A program made the translations under genes and the position numbers. A stretch of 52,199 nucleotides of DNA from a virus. Lineage: Duplodnaviria; Caudoviricetes. The DNA lies in the IMG/VR virus record IMGVR_UViG_3300046791_000495, positions 1 through 52,199 of that record, one strand, 5' to 3'. Below are positions 28,435 to 38,040 of the stretch, in pieces. The notes below the pieces were generated by a model. The model saw only the letters and a list, made by a program, of their open reading frames with translations. It did not search any database and was not told the origin of the DNA. Each line of letters starts with the position of its first letter. The stretch's first letter is position 1.

Positions 28435-28935
28435 CTATCCACGCTCCACCCGCCGCTGGATCGAACTACCTCCGCGGTGCAGGCCATGCAGCAGCTTCTT
28501 GACCATCGGGTACGCGCGATCGGCGCGGGCCCACTCGTTCCACGAGACCGTGATCGGACCGACCCAGACACTCGAGAGATCTCCGCCGCGGGCCAGCACT
28601 TCGTTCAGCGCCTTCGTCAGATGCGCGAGCGCCATCTCGCACTCGGCCATCTTGAGTCGCTCGGGGACGCCCGTGTAGAGAACCCCATCGTGGTCGTAGG
28701 CGCAGTTGCGCGGCCAACCGAGGTAAGCCGGGTCGAGGAACTTCCGCTCGCCGATGTACTTGAGGCCGCCGTCGAACCAGATCGTGACGTAGCGGAGTGC
28801 CGCTTCCTTCGGCTCGTTCTCGGCGTCAGCCCACGCGGTGTTGTTGTGAGCCGCATGGTAGGTGTTGGCGTACGCGAGGGCGGCGTAGGTGTTGGCGCCC
28901 GCGACGCCATCGCCAGTCTCTGGAAGGAGCGACAT
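28435..28935 (-). CDS. Head-tail adaptor ('DnaT-like' phage family)
   Basis: ETGDGVAGANTY...ANTYHAA...KEAAL...LGWPR...VPERLKMAECEMA...VGPITV motifs. Confidence 0.85.
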   Translation of the reverse strand: MSLLPETGDGVAGANTYAALAYANTYHAAHNNTAWADAENEPKEAALRYVTIWFDGGLKYIGERKFLDPAYLGWPRNCAYDHDGVLYTGVPERLKMAECEMALAHLTKALNEVLARGGDLSSVWVGPITVSWNEWARADRAYPMVKKLLHGLHRGGSSIQRRVERG

Positions 28936-28939
28936 CAGG

Positions 28940-29947
28940 TCACCTCACGCGCCGGACGTTGACCAGACCGCCGCGACCGACCCGACGGTTCTTCGCTTCG
29001 ATCTCGAGCGAGCGCTTCATCTCCGCCTCGTGCTCGGCCTGTCGCTGCTCCTTCGGCCCGCGGAACAGTGACGTCATGTGCTCGACGCGATCAAGAACAT
29101 GCTGCACGAACTCCGGGGTAGAGAACTCTTCCTCGTGCCAGATGCCCCATGAGATCGAACTGAGCAGCGCCTCGAGCGCCGGCCTGGACGGCAGGGCCGA
29201 TTCGGATTCGACGACGCCGGCGACGTCGGTGCCACAGACTGCAGAGTAGAACGCGCTTGGGTCACAGAAGACCGGGACGCGCTCGAGGAGGGCCTCAAGC
29301 GCCCCGGTCGAATTGAACGTCACAACCGCGCGCGGTCGGATCGCGCGGCATACCTTGGGGATGGGGGCACGCCACAGGTCGGCCTCGAGCTCGATCATTC
29401 CTTCCGGAGCTCGATCACCTTTCTCCCATCGGCGTGGGTGATGCTTGAAGTAGATGTCGAGGTCGGGAAGCTCCTCGTGAATCTGTCGAGCGACCCGCGC
29501 CGCGTACCCGCGCAGCTCGGAGTCGTCCATCTGGTGCTGAGCGTCCCGCGGCTTCTGGCCGAGGAACAGAACCGGGCCCTCCGGATCTGCGGCGCTCTTC
29601 GACTTGGTGATCAGCCCGCTGATCTTGATGCGATCGGACGGCGGGTCTTGCCGGAAACGATTCAGCCCCATCTCACCGAACTGCCAGTAGCCCTTCTGAC
29701 GGATCGGCGGCAGGTCGATCACGAACGCCGGCATGAGGCTGCTTGCCGACGCCCTCACTGCATCGCCGAATGTGTGCTGCTGGCCCATGATGAACACGGC
29801 ATCGAGCCCGCCGTAGGCCCGCACCTTGTCGCCCTTGAAGACCGACCCGTTCCGGAGGAGAACGAAATGCTGCGCTGCCCGCAGCGAATCCGCTACGGAC
29901 AGCGCAACCCCCTCGGCGGGGTCGTGGGCGTACAGCCCGAACCGCAT
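28940..29947 (-). CDS. Capsule-synthesis (KpsC/KpsS-like) glycosyltransferase
   Basis: VLFLGQKPRDAQ, IYFKHHPR and VVTFNSTGALEALLERVPVF match the Q-x3-D, HP and NSTxGxEA motifs of this family. Confidence 0.75.
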   Translation of the reverse strand: MRFGLYAHDPAEGVALSVADSLRAAQHFVLLRNGSVFKGDKVRAYGGLDAVFIMGQQHTFGDAVRASASSLMPAFVIDLPPIRQKGYWQFGEMGLNRFRQDPPSDRIKISGLITKSKSAADPEGPVLFLGQKPRDAQHQMDDSELRGYAARVARQIHEELPDLDIYFKHHPRRWEKGDRAPEGMIELEADLWRAPIPKVCRAIRPRAVVTFNSTGALEALLERVPVFCDPSAFYSAVCGTDVAGVVESESALPSRPALEALLSSISWGIWHEEEFSTPEFVQHVLDRVEHMTSLFRGPKEQRQAEHEAEMKRSLEIEAKNRRVGRGGLVNVRRVR

Positions 29948-29953
29948 CGCGCC

Positions 29954-30958
29954 TTACTTCACCTTCAGCAGGACGCCGGGTCCGTTCTTGTAGCTGGACA
30001 TCTTGAGCGACCAGTTGTTGGACGTCGCGAGGTCCGTGTCCTCCGGGTTGGCGCCGCTCGCGAGCACCCAGGCCATGCCCTTCAGCCCGATGTTGAACGC
30101 GTACTCGCCCTGGATCCTCCAGGCGAGGTTCCCGAGGCCGGTGATGACCTGACCGACGAGGAAGTCGGTCTGCGATTCCTCGACGACACAGGACATGTCC
30201 TTGAGCATCAGGACGTTGTAGGTGTCGTCGCTGACCGACGCCGTGCTGCCGCCGCTGGCGAACAGCGACGGCGAGTCCAGGACCACCACCGGCTTGCCGA
30301 ACGTCGCGATCGTGCCCTGGTAGATCGTGACGCCCGCGACCTCGAAGATCTTGTCGGCGATCGACTGCTTCATCAGGTCGAAGTACTGCTTCGAGTGCAT
30401 CACGAAGCAGCGGATCTCCTGGGAGAAGTCACCGAGCTTCGCCATCGCGCTCACGAGGTGCGTGTGCGTGATGGTGCCGGCGCCCATGCCCGTCGCGTCG
30501 TACGTGACGGACGAGCCGATCTTGTTGAGGCCCGCGACGATCACCATGATCGCCGTGTTGATGTAGTCCTTGGCCTTGTGGGCCGCGACCATCTTGCCCA
30601 GCTGGAACGAGAGCTCCTCGTTCGTCTTGCCGATGCGCTGCCAGGACTCGAACGTCTGAGCCACCGGACCGACGCCGCGCGGCACCTTGACGGTGGCCAG
30701 CTCGCCCTGGGTGAGAGGGATGTCGGTCGCCGCGCTCAGATCGGACGGGTCGCGGTAGTGGATCAGGTTCTCCACGTCCTGGAAGAACGCTTCCTTGGTG
30801 AAGTCGCCGATGTGGCGCTTCGTGACGAGGCGGATGCAGCCTCCGGAGGCTTCGTTGAAGCCTGCGGTCTTCTGAGCGATCCCTTCGTAGAGACCGCTCT
30901 GGTAAAACTCGTCGTAGACCTTGAGGTCCGACGGGGTGCCGATCGTGGGTCCTGGCAT
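29954..30958 (-). CDS. Major capsid protein
   Basis: 334 aa, FNEASGGCIRL, AMAKLGD...FVMHSKQYFDL, GKPVVVLDSP, IGLKGMAW; follows scaffold; strongest codon bias. Confidence 0.9.
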   Translation of the reverse strand: MPGPTIGTPSDLKVYDEFYQSGLYEGIAQKTAGFNEASGGCIRLVTKRHIGDFTKEAFFQDVENLIHYRDPSDLSAATDIPLTQGELATVKVPRGVGPVAQTFESWQRIGKTNEELSFQLGKMVAAHKAKDYINTAIMVIVAGLNKIGSSVTYDATGMGAGTITHTHLVSAMAKLGDFSQEIRCFVMHSKQYFDLMKQSIADKIFEVAGVTIYQGTIATFGKPVVVLDSPSLFASGGSTASVSDDTYNVLMLKDMSCVVEESQTDFLVGQVITGLGNLAWRIQGEYAFNIGLKGMAWVLASGANPEDTDLATSNNWSLKMSSYKNGPGVLLKVK

Positions 30959-30964
30959 GGCGTG

Positions 30965-31765
30965 TTACTCCCGGGGAAGTGCCTCGAACTTTTCGCGCCC
31001 GAACTTCTGGATGAACGCGACTTTCTCGGCGTCTGTCTTCAGCTGCTTGGCGGACGTGACCGCACCGACGATCGGCGTGGTCGCTCCAGCGCCCCTTGGG
31101 GTACCCGCCCCCTCTGGGACATCCACGCTGAACGCCGGCTTGAAGGCTTCGTTCTCCTTCAGGCTCTCGACGAACTGGCGTGGAGTCATTGGGGTTCCTT
31201 CGGCATCTCCGAGCCGGACGGACCCATCTTCCTTGAGAACGCGCACGACCTTCTTGCCGTTCTCGACGACGCGCTTGACGTACTTCTCGAGGTGCGGCAA
31301 GAGGAGAGTCTTGCTGCCCTTCGCGGCTTCGATCGCGTCGTTCATTTCCTTCTGCGTGGTGTAGGTCTCGACTTCACCCTCGAGCTCCCGCTCGCGAGCC
31401 TCCCACGCCTTCTTTTCCTTCTGGTGAATCTCCTTCATCTCTTCGACCTTGCTCTGGTCGCCTTCCTTGGCGCCCTTCTCGAGAGTCGCCTTGTGCTTGA
31501 CGATGATCTTCTCGACGTCGGCCGGTTCCATGCCGAGCCGGGTCCATTCATCGAGCTTCTCGCCGCGCAAGCGCCGCACGTCGCGCTCCTTCTCGAGCGC
31601 GCCATGCAGTTCCGGCGCGACGATCTTGTCGTAGTGCGGCCGCGCCTTGTCGCCGGACAAACCATCCGGCATGAAGACGAACCCACCGTCGACCTTCTGG
31701 TACTGGCTCTTGAGCTCGGCATCCTCGACGCCATCGAGAGATTCGAGAAAGGCTGCAATCTTCAT
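30965..31765 (-). CDS. Capsid scaffolding protein
   Basis: Start MKIAAFLESLD with AGGAG RBS; charged coiled coil, LLLPHL, C-terminal EKVAFIQKFGREKFEALP. Confidence 0.8.
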   Translation of the reverse strand: MKIAAFLESLDGVEDAELKSQYQKVDGGFVFMPDGLSGDKARPHYDKIVAPELHGALEKERDVRRLRGEKLDEWTRLGMEPADVEKIIVKHKATLEKGAKEGDQSKVEEMKEIHQKEKKAWEARERELEGEVETYTTQKEMNDAIEAAKGSKTLLLPHLEKYVKRVVENGKKVVRVLKEDGSVRLGDAEGTPMTPRQFVESLKENEAFKPAFSVDVPEGAGTPRGAGATTPIVGAVTSAKQLKTDAEKVAFIQKFGREKFEALPRE

Positions 31766-31826
31766 GCGGTGCTCCTGCGCGGCCGCCGGCCGCAATGCGT
31801 TCCCGTCTCCATGGTCACCACGCGCG

Positions 31827-32609
31827 TCACGCGACGCTCGCCTGCCGCTCGACGGCACTCGCCGTCAAGATCGGCACGATCACCGATCGGGACCCAATGT
31901 GGGCCGGAGGCCGCACGCTGGAGTCGAGTGGATAGACCTTCTTGTAGTCACCAACGATGCGCTGATCCGGCTCGGTCTCGGTCGCCCACCGATAGCCAGC
32001 GATCCAGGACGGTCGCTCACGAAAGAGCCGCAGGAGGCCGCCGTTGTGGATGTCGGCCGCGACGGTCCGCAGCAGGCTGAAGAAGGCGATCATGCTCCAC
32101 TTGGTGGCGTTCTCGAGCTGGTGATGCGCCGTCTCGGTCCTGCCCGGAGGGAGCTTCCGGAGGACCTCGATCATCTTGCCCAGCTTGCCGGAGACGAGCC
32201 GCTCGATCGGCGCCGGGCCGATGATGTCGAGCGCCCACGGGTCAGTGGCCTCGACGTCGACCGACTCCTCCGCGAGCGACACGCTGACGTCCAGGGCGGC
32301 CGCGATCTCGCCGAGCTGCTGGTGGACCAGCGGTCGGATCTCTGCAGTCGCTTCCGCCGCAGCGCCAAGGTAGCGATCGATCTGCGTGGCCTTCGCCTCC
32401 TGCATGACCCGCATGCCGGCGCCGGTGACGCTCAGCCGGCCGCCGCCCATGATGGCGCGCGACAGTGCGGCCGACACCACGCCCTCGATCAGCTGCGCAT
32501 TGGTCGGGGCCAGCGCATGGACCTGCCGGGTAGCGGCGGTCACGACCAGCGCCTGGATGGCGTGCTCGGAGGCCATCACGCGCGCGGCGATCTCCGTCTC
32601 ACGCGTCAT
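31827..32609 (-). CDS. Minor head protein (SPP1 gp7/Mu gpF-like, divergent)
   Basis: GYRWAT...RPPAHIGSRSVIVP resembles the PPxHxxCRS C-terminus; directly after portal. Confidence 0.65.
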   Translation of the reverse strand: MTRETEIAARVMASEHAIQALVVTAATRQVHALAPTNAQLIEGVVSAALSRAIMGGGRLSVTGAGMRVMQEAKATQIDRYLGAAAEATAEIRPLVHQQLGEIAAALDVSVSLAEESVDVEATDPWALDIIGPAPIERLVSGKLGKMIEVLRKLPPGRTETAHHQLENATKWSMIAFFSLLRTVAADIHNGGLLRLFRERPSWIAGYRWATETEPDQRIVGDYKKVYPLDSSVRPPAHIGSRSVIVPILTASAVERQASVA

Positions 32610-34212
32610 TCTTGGCCTTCCCTGCCCGCTTGGACTTCTCGGCGTCGTCGTTCATCTCGCGCTTGGTCGACCCGCCATCGCTGGGCTTCCCGCTGTCGCC
32701 GGCGGCCGCCGCGGTGATCGACTCCATCTTGAACAGCTGGGACATCTCCTCGGCCGCTTCCTTCTCGAGCTCGGCGTCGTTGTCCTTGGCGTTGAACTCC
32801 ATGCCGAACAGATTCTTCTTGTCGAGCGCGGCGATGAAGTACTTGCGCGAGAGATCCTTGCCGCGGCGAACATCCAGCATCACCCGCATCTCTTCGATGT
32901 CGCGGTAGCTGAAAGCGAAGTCGGTGTTGACGTCGACGTAGCCGGGGTTCGCGGCCGCCTTCGGTTCGATCGACGCCCAGATCTTGGCCGTCAGCAGGAT
33001 CGCCCGGTTGAGGCCGTCGGTCAGCGACATCGCGTTGACCTGCATCTCGCTGACGGAATCGGCAACACCGTAGGAGGCCGCCGTGGCGGTGACGTTCGAG
33101 ACCTCGGGGATCAACAGCTGGAGCGCGGCCTCGGCCATCTGGGCCTGGAGGAACTCGAGGTCCTCCTTGCCGGCGCCGATCGACCCGCCCTGCGTCTCCT
33201 TCCAGTCGAGCGTCGCGCCCGGGGTCTCGACGATGGTCGCGACGTTCGGGGCGATGATGAGCTCCTCGTCGTCGTCCTTGATGCCAGAGCCGAACAGGAA
33301 CGGCACGCGGGCGAGGTGCAGGATGTGCCGCTGGTCGGACGTCGACTGGTAGTGGACGATGTTGATGTCGGTGAAGTCCCGCAGCGGCGGGCGAGCGCTC
33401 ATCCGCTCTGACCCGTGCATCGGGATCGCCAAGATCGGGATCTCCTGGTAGGACGTCGCGCCGTGGAGCTCGATCTCCCAGTCGTTACTGCCGACCTCGT
33501 ACTTCCAGACCGTGAACACCCCGGGCTCGAAGACCCGGATGCGGTGGACGATCCCAACACCGTACCGGCCGGAGGCCTCGAACGAGCAGTCGTAGTAGCG
33601 GAACTGCGTGAGGTTGCCGTCCTGATCGAGCCGATAGCCGAGGACCTGGTCGGCCGCGATGTGCCGCCAGTAGGGACGCAGGCGATCGCGAGCGATCCGA
33701 TCGAGCGTGACCGTCTTCTGCGGCTTCCCTTCGGCATCGACCACGCGCGGGAAGTCGACCTGGATGAACCCAATGCCGTCGAGAGTCGCGTTGTACAGCA
33801 GGGCGCGAGCGTAGACCTCGAGACGCGTTCCGTGAAGGTCGACGTCTTCCAGGAAGGTCATCATCGGCGCCGCCATGTCGGCGGAGCGACGGATCGGCTT
33901 CGTGAACGGCTTGCCCGAGAGCGTGACGGCCGCGCGCTTCACGCCGTTGAACAAGTAGCTCCGGCGCAGACGCGCCTCGTAGTCTTCGTTCTCTTCGCCG
34001 CGCTCCTGCGGCAGATACTCCGTGCGCAGAGACTTCACCCACCACTGCCCGCGCTCGAAATCACGAACCGGCTTGCGGATGAATCGATCGAGCAGGACCT
34101 CTTCGGTCGGGATGGAGGGATCGTCTTGCGGCTCGAGCGATGACGAGCGCGGAAGGATAGGAGAGAGGTAACTCTCGGTCGGTACGAAATCGATAGCGCT
34201 GCGCTCCGACAT
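32599..34212 (-). CDS. Portal protein (DUF4055-like)
   Basis: YLPQ...EDYEARLRRS..N, DVDLHGT, QVDFP, RPYW, PPLxD...NIVHYQSTSDQRHILH...VP motifs. Confidence 0.9.
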   Translation of the reverse strand: MSERSAIDFVPTESYLSPILPRSSSLEPQDDPSIPTEEVLLDRFIRKPVRDFERGQWWVKSLRTEYLPQERGEENEDYEARLRRSYLFNGVKRAAVTLSGKPFTKPIRRSADMAAPMMTFLEDVDLHGTRLEVYARALLYNATLDGIGFIQVDFPRVVDAEGKPQKTVTLDRIARDRLRPYWRHIAADQVLGYRLDQDGNLTQFRYYDCSFEASGRYGVGIVHRIRVFEPGVFTVWKYEVGSNDWEIELHGATSYQEIPILAIPMHGSERMSARPPLRDFTDINIVHYQSTSDQRHILHLARVPFLFGSGIKDDDEELIIAPNVATIVETPGATLDWKETQGGSIGAGKEDLEFLQAQMAEAALQLLIPEVSNVTATAASYGVADSVSEMQVNAMSLTDGLNRAILLTAKIWASIEPKAAANPGYVDVNTDFAFSYRDIEEMRVMLDVRRGKDLSRKYFIAALDKKNLFGMEFNAKDNDAELEKEAAEEMSQLFKMESITAAAAGDSGKPSDGGSTKREMNDDAEKSKRAGKAKNDA

Positions 34213-34394
34213 CTCGCTCCACGAGCTCGAGTCCGGCGTTGCGCAATCCCCAGGGCGCCGGTGAGTATAGACGAACCGTTGTCAAGGGCCAGGTCTGGAC
34301 ATTTTTTCTCCGCAGGAGTACCCTCCCGGCGGGGACTGGGGGTACAGCGTTGGTACCCGCCGGCGCCAAGGCCCTCCTTCGCTCCCCTCTGACC

Positions 34395-35057
34395 ATGGAT
34401 CCGATCGTCTTCGACAGCCCGGACATCCAGGTCTTCCCGAACCGAAAAGCCCACCTCGAGTACGCGATGTCGGTCGCGCCCAGCGCCGGCATCATCGCCG
34501 AGTTCGGCGTCCACAAGGGAACGAGCCTGACGCGCCTCGCGTGCATGGCGAGTCGCCATCACCAGATCGTCGGCTTCGATTCCTTTCGCGGGCTCCCGAG
34601 CGCGTGGCGCATTCAGGACAGCGAGGACGAGTCGCACCCGGCCGGCAAGTTCGACACCGGCGGGCGCCTGCCGTCGGTCCCGACCCGCTGCATCCTCGTG
34701 GCGGGCTGGTTCGACCAGACCGCGAAGGTCCTGCGGTCGATGATCCTCGAGCGCGACACGCCGATCGCGCTCCTCCACATCGACTCCGACCTGTGCGAGA
34801 GCGCCACGACCGCGCTCAACGCGGCGCAGCCGGGGCTCCAGACGGGTTCGATCGTGGTGTTTGACGAGCTGGGCAACTGGGATGGCCGCTACCCGCTGTT
34901 CCGCGAGGGCGAGTGGAAAGCGCTCGAGATCTTCCAGCGCTCGTGCCCGTGGATCCGCTTCGACCCGATCAGCCGATCCGTTGCGCAGCAGGCATCATTC
35001 CGAATCGTGCGTGCCGCCGAGCGTCCTTCTTCTGGTTCCGTCGGTGCAGTCGCTTGA
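34395..35057 (+). CDS. TylF/MycF-like SAM-dependent O-methyltransferase
   Basis: AEFGVHKGTS, GFDSFRGLP, LVAGWFDQT, LLHIDSDL, GSIVVFDE motifs; likely start MDPIVF at 34395. Confidence 0.85.
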   Translation: MDPIVFDSPDIQVFPNRKAHLEYAMSVAPSAGIIAEFGVHKGTSLTRLACMASRHHQIVGFDSFRGLPSAWRIQDSEDESHPAGKFDTGGRLPSVPTRCILVAGWFDQTAKVLRSMILERDTPIALLHIDSDLCESATTALNAAQPGLQTGSIVVFDELGNWDGRYPLFREGEWKALEIFQRSCPWIRFDPISRSVAQQASFRIVRAAERPSSGSVGAVA

Positions 35058-35190
35058 GGTGCTTGCGCGCTCGCGCTCGCGCCTTCGGATCGCTCTCCAG
35101 TAGGTCCTGACCTTCCTTCGGCTTCGCCGGCAGCCCCATCTTGATCAAGTAGGACTCCATGTAGGGGCCGATCGGTCGCGAGGTCTTCAT
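34969..35190 (-). CDS. Small basic hypothetical protein
   Basis: ATG with AGGAG RBS right after the terminase stop; 3' end overlaps the convergent methyltransferase. Confidence 0.5.
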   Translation of the reverse strand: MKTSRPIGPYMESYLIKMGLPAKPKEGQDLLESDPKARARARKHLKRLHRRNQKKDARRHARFGMMPAAQRIG

Positions 35191-35199
35191 GTCGATCTC

Positions 35200-36717
35200 C
35201 TAGAGGCTGGCCCGCACGGCGCGGATCCTCGCGCCAGTCGAGCGGCTCATGCAAGCGTAGCGGGTTTCGTCGGCGCCGTGGTCTTCCGCCTCGGTGTCGA
35301 TGTCGTCGAGGTTGCGCTCGTCGCGCACGAGGGTCGGGACGGTGCGGAGCCAATGCGTGCAGGTGTTGAACACGTAGAAACCGGGGCGCTCGCGATGGCC
35401 GGCGGCGCGCATCAGGCCGATCAGCCGCTGCCAGCCGGTGATGCGACTGTTGTCGGCGGGCTCGAAGGCGAAGCGCGGGATGTCGGCCGGCAGCGTGCGG
35501 GCGCCGGCGCGCATCTGGTCGTAGATCGATGGTCCGCCCTGCTCGGTGAAGATCGACGGATCGGCAACGCCGTAGGCCCAGTACTTCTGCTGCTGCGAGA
35601 GCTTCATGGCGATCCGAGCCCCGGCCTCGGCGTTCGATAGCCGCAGTCCGACGTTCGACTCGATCTGCTTGTGGCGATCGTACGAGACGGTGTAGTCCTC
35701 GGCGAAACGCAGGATCGAACCGCGCGGGAAGACGCGCCCGCGGCACCAGCCGGCATAGATCGGCGTGCCGTCGGAGGCGGCGTACATGCCGAGGCTCGAG
35801 GGCTTCGCACTGCCCCAGTCGAACGAGTAGAAGAACGACCACGTCGGCGGGATCTCGAACGGAGAGAGCACCGAAGCGCTGCCGTCCCAGATGTCGGAGA
35901 AGAACCCGCCCGCCACGATGTCCCAAATGCCCCACCGCCACGCTTTCGCGAGGTCCTTGTTGCCGACGCCCATGATGACGCTCTCGTACTCGGGGTCGTT
36001 GTCGGTGAGGATCTTGTTGTCTTCGAGACGCGAGGGCAGGAAGACGTACTCCTTGCCGCTCTCCTGGTCGCGCATGACCTTGCGGCCAGCCGGCGCCGGA
36101 TCGACGTAGCGGGCCTTTACCCAGCCATGGCCGACACCGCCTGGGTTGCCCGTCAGACGGATCCCGCACGGCACGCCCTCGGCCGATCGCAGCGTCGCGC
36201 GCAGGAGGTTGATCGCGTCCGGGTCCGGCCATTGGCCGCACTCCTCGACGTAGACGCGCGTGTAGGCGTGGCCCTGGTAGCGAGCCGCCACGGTGGTGTC
36301 CTTGCAGTGGCGGATCTTCAGCGATGCGCCGGACGGCGCGTGGAACGTGTGCGAGGCGGCGTTCCACTTGTAGCCGAGCGGGATGAGGATCTGCTTGCCG
36401 CGGTCGATCACCTGCTCGAGGTCGATGTGGAAGCGCCGGAAGAACACGCCCTTGGCGGCCGCGCCGTAGGTCTGCTCGTGCTCCTTCCAGTCGCCGAGCA
36501 TCCCGTCGGTCTTGCCGCCGCCGCGAGCTCCACCGAAGAAGACTTCGAAGGTGTCGCGGTAGGTGGTGACGAGATCGGTCTGTGGGCCGGGCTGCGGCGT
36601 CCACGTCGTCGGTAGCGATTCGCGCTCCGAAGCCTCCGGCGCGATGTTGTCCGCCAAGGTCTCGAGTGCGCGCCAGATCAGCTGCTCCCCCGGAGCAACC
36701 GCGATCATCTTGCTCAC
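35200..36717 (-). CDS. terL: Terminase large subunit
   Basis: PQPGPQ, Walker A GGARGGGKT, Walker B VYVEE, TGNPGGVGHGWVK, DWG nuclease motif, EDHGADETRY. Confidence 0.95.
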   Translation of the reverse strand: MSKMIAVAPGEQLIWRALETLADNIAPEASERESLPTTWTPQPGPQTDLVTTYRDTFEVFFGGARGGGKTDGMLGDWKEHEQTYGAAAKGVFFRRFHIDLEQVIDRGKQILIPLGYKWNAASHTFHAPSGASLKIRHCKDTTVAARYQGHAYTRVYVEECGQWPDPDAINLLRATLRSAEGVPCGIRLTGNPGGVGHGWVKARYVDPAPAGRKVMRDQESGKEYVFLPSRLEDNKILTDNDPEYESVIMGVGNKDLAKAWRWGIWDIVAGGFFSDIWDGSASVLSPFEIPPTWSFFYSFDWGSAKPSSLGMYAASDGTPIYAGWCRGRVFPRGSILRFAEDYTVSYDRHKQIESNVGLRLSNAEAGARIAMKLSQQQKYWAYGVADPSIFTEQGGPSIYDQMRAGARTLPADIPRFAFEPADNSRITGWQRLIGLMRAAGHRERPGFYVFNTCTHWLRTVPTLVRDERNLDDIDTEAEDHGADETRYACMSRSTGARIRAVRASL

Positions 36718-37577
36718 CGAGCCGCCATCTCCTTCTCCTCGAGGTCGTCCTGCTCGTTGGCCTCAACGACCTCGGCAGTGACCACATCCTCGTGGTAGCG
36801 ATCGCCGAACGCGGCCGCGCGGATGCCGTCGGAGATCCTCGACAGCACGTTCCGGTCTTTCACTTCCTGCCCGATCAGGATCGAGATGCGCGCCACGAAG
36901 GCCGCCATCATGTCGGGCGTCACGTTGCCCTGAAGGAACTCGTTCCGCTTCCGCTCGGTCTCGACCAGCCGGCGCCGGACCTCCATGTTCTCGTGGACGT
37001 CCGCCCAGGCGCGGTCATCACCGAGGCCCTTGACCAGCACCTCGTCGATGCGGTCGAACGCCCTCTTGGCGTCGGCATCCTCGCCGCGGTCGATGGCGCG
37101 CTGCAGTTCGCTGAAGAGCGCGCCGAGCTCCTTCCAGCTGGCCCCGGACTCGTTGGTGTCGAGTCGCTGGATCAGCTCGAGCTCGCGCGTCTGGCAGAGC
37201 GCGATCTGCCGGCGGAGGTTCTCGAGCTCCGGGTCGCCCAGGGCGGCGAGGAAGTTGTGCCGCAGCTTGAGCGGCAGGTACTTCGAGTACATGCCGTGCT
37301 TGAAGAAGTGCGAGGCCGGGCCCTTGAGGGCGAGCGCTCCGTGGTAGCGGCAGACGCTCGATGGCAGGCGCGCCCATTGCTTGCAGCGCTCGCCGGTCTG
37401 CCGGTTCTTGGCCGTGCAGCGCCGATCGTCCGGCGGCATCGGGACGGCGCGCTTCGATGGCCCGACGGCGGTTTCCGCCGGCGACTCAGGGACGACCGCC
37501 CCGCTCTCCGGGTCGGGTTCGTCCCCCTCGGGCTGCTGATGCGCGAGGACGTCGAGTTCGTTCTCGCTGGTGCTCAC
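36714..37577 (-). CDS. terS: Terminase small subunit (Cys/His HGGxSTG-like N-terminal domain)
   Basis: CTAKNRQTGERC...VCRYHGA...FKHGMYSK; immediately upstream of and overlapping terL. Confidence 0.7.
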   Translation of the reverse strand: MSTSENELDVLAHQQPEGDEPDPESGAVVPESPAETAVGPSKRAVPMPPDDRRCTAKNRQTGERCKQWARLPSSVCRYHGALALKGPASHFFKHGMYSKYLPLKLRHNFLAALGDPELENLRRQIALCQTRELELIQRLDTNESGASWKELGALFSELQRAIDRGEDADAKRAFDRIDEVLVKGLGDDRAWADVHENMEVRRRLVETERKRNEFLQGNVTPDMMAAFVARISILIGQEVKDRNVLSRISDGIRAAAFGDRYHEDVVTAEVVEANEQDDLEEKEMAAR

Positions 37578-38035
37578 GCGTCGAGATCCGCCAACCAGAT
37601 GGCCATCGCGGGCGTCTCTGTGTCGCTCGTCGAGTGCTGGACCGAGAGTGAGATCAGCATCGCTTCGGCGACCGGCAGGCTCGGGACGATCACGCAGGCC
37701 AGGAAGCGCGCGATGTTCTCGAGCGTCGGGTTGTAGGGCAGGAAGCGGACCGAACCGCCTTCGCGCCCGATCTCCTCCGCCAGTGCGAGGTCGTTTTCGT
37801 TCAGGAGAGCAACGCCCTGGAAATGCTGGTGCAGGTGCGACTGCAGGGCGCCGAAGAGATCGGAGCTCGGAACCTCTCCCCAGCCGTTCACGGGGCTACC
37901 GGCGATGGCCGATGTGAAGCGGGCCTTGACGATGAAGATGTGCGAGTGGAGATCGCGGCACGGATGCTGGTCGGCGGCGATCCGGTGGTACGCGCGGAAT
38001 TCGGCGGTGACTTCGCGGACGATCATCGTGGGCAC
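37574..38035 (-). CDS. queD: QueD-like 6-carboxytetrahydropterin synthase (divergent)
   Basis: F-x-A-x-HR, C-x3-H-S-H (canonical CxxxHGH), LLN and NPTLENIA motifs; GTG 38035 with AGGAG RBS. Confidence 0.75.
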   Translation of the reverse strand: MPTMIVREVTAEFRAYHRIAADQHPCRDLHSHIFIVKARFTSAIAGSPVNGWGEVPSSDLFGALQSHLHQHFQGVALLNENDLALAEEIGREGGSVRFLPYNPTLENIARFLACVIVPSLPVAEAMLISLSVQHSTSDTETPAMAIWLADLDA

Positions 38036-38040
38036 GGATC

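Noticed and set aside
29438-32080. 880-aa plus-strand ORF, and similar long ORFs at 13970..16363, 19094..20923 and 12595..13980
   Set aside because: Antisense shadows of strongly GC3-biased structural genes; no motifs or RBS.
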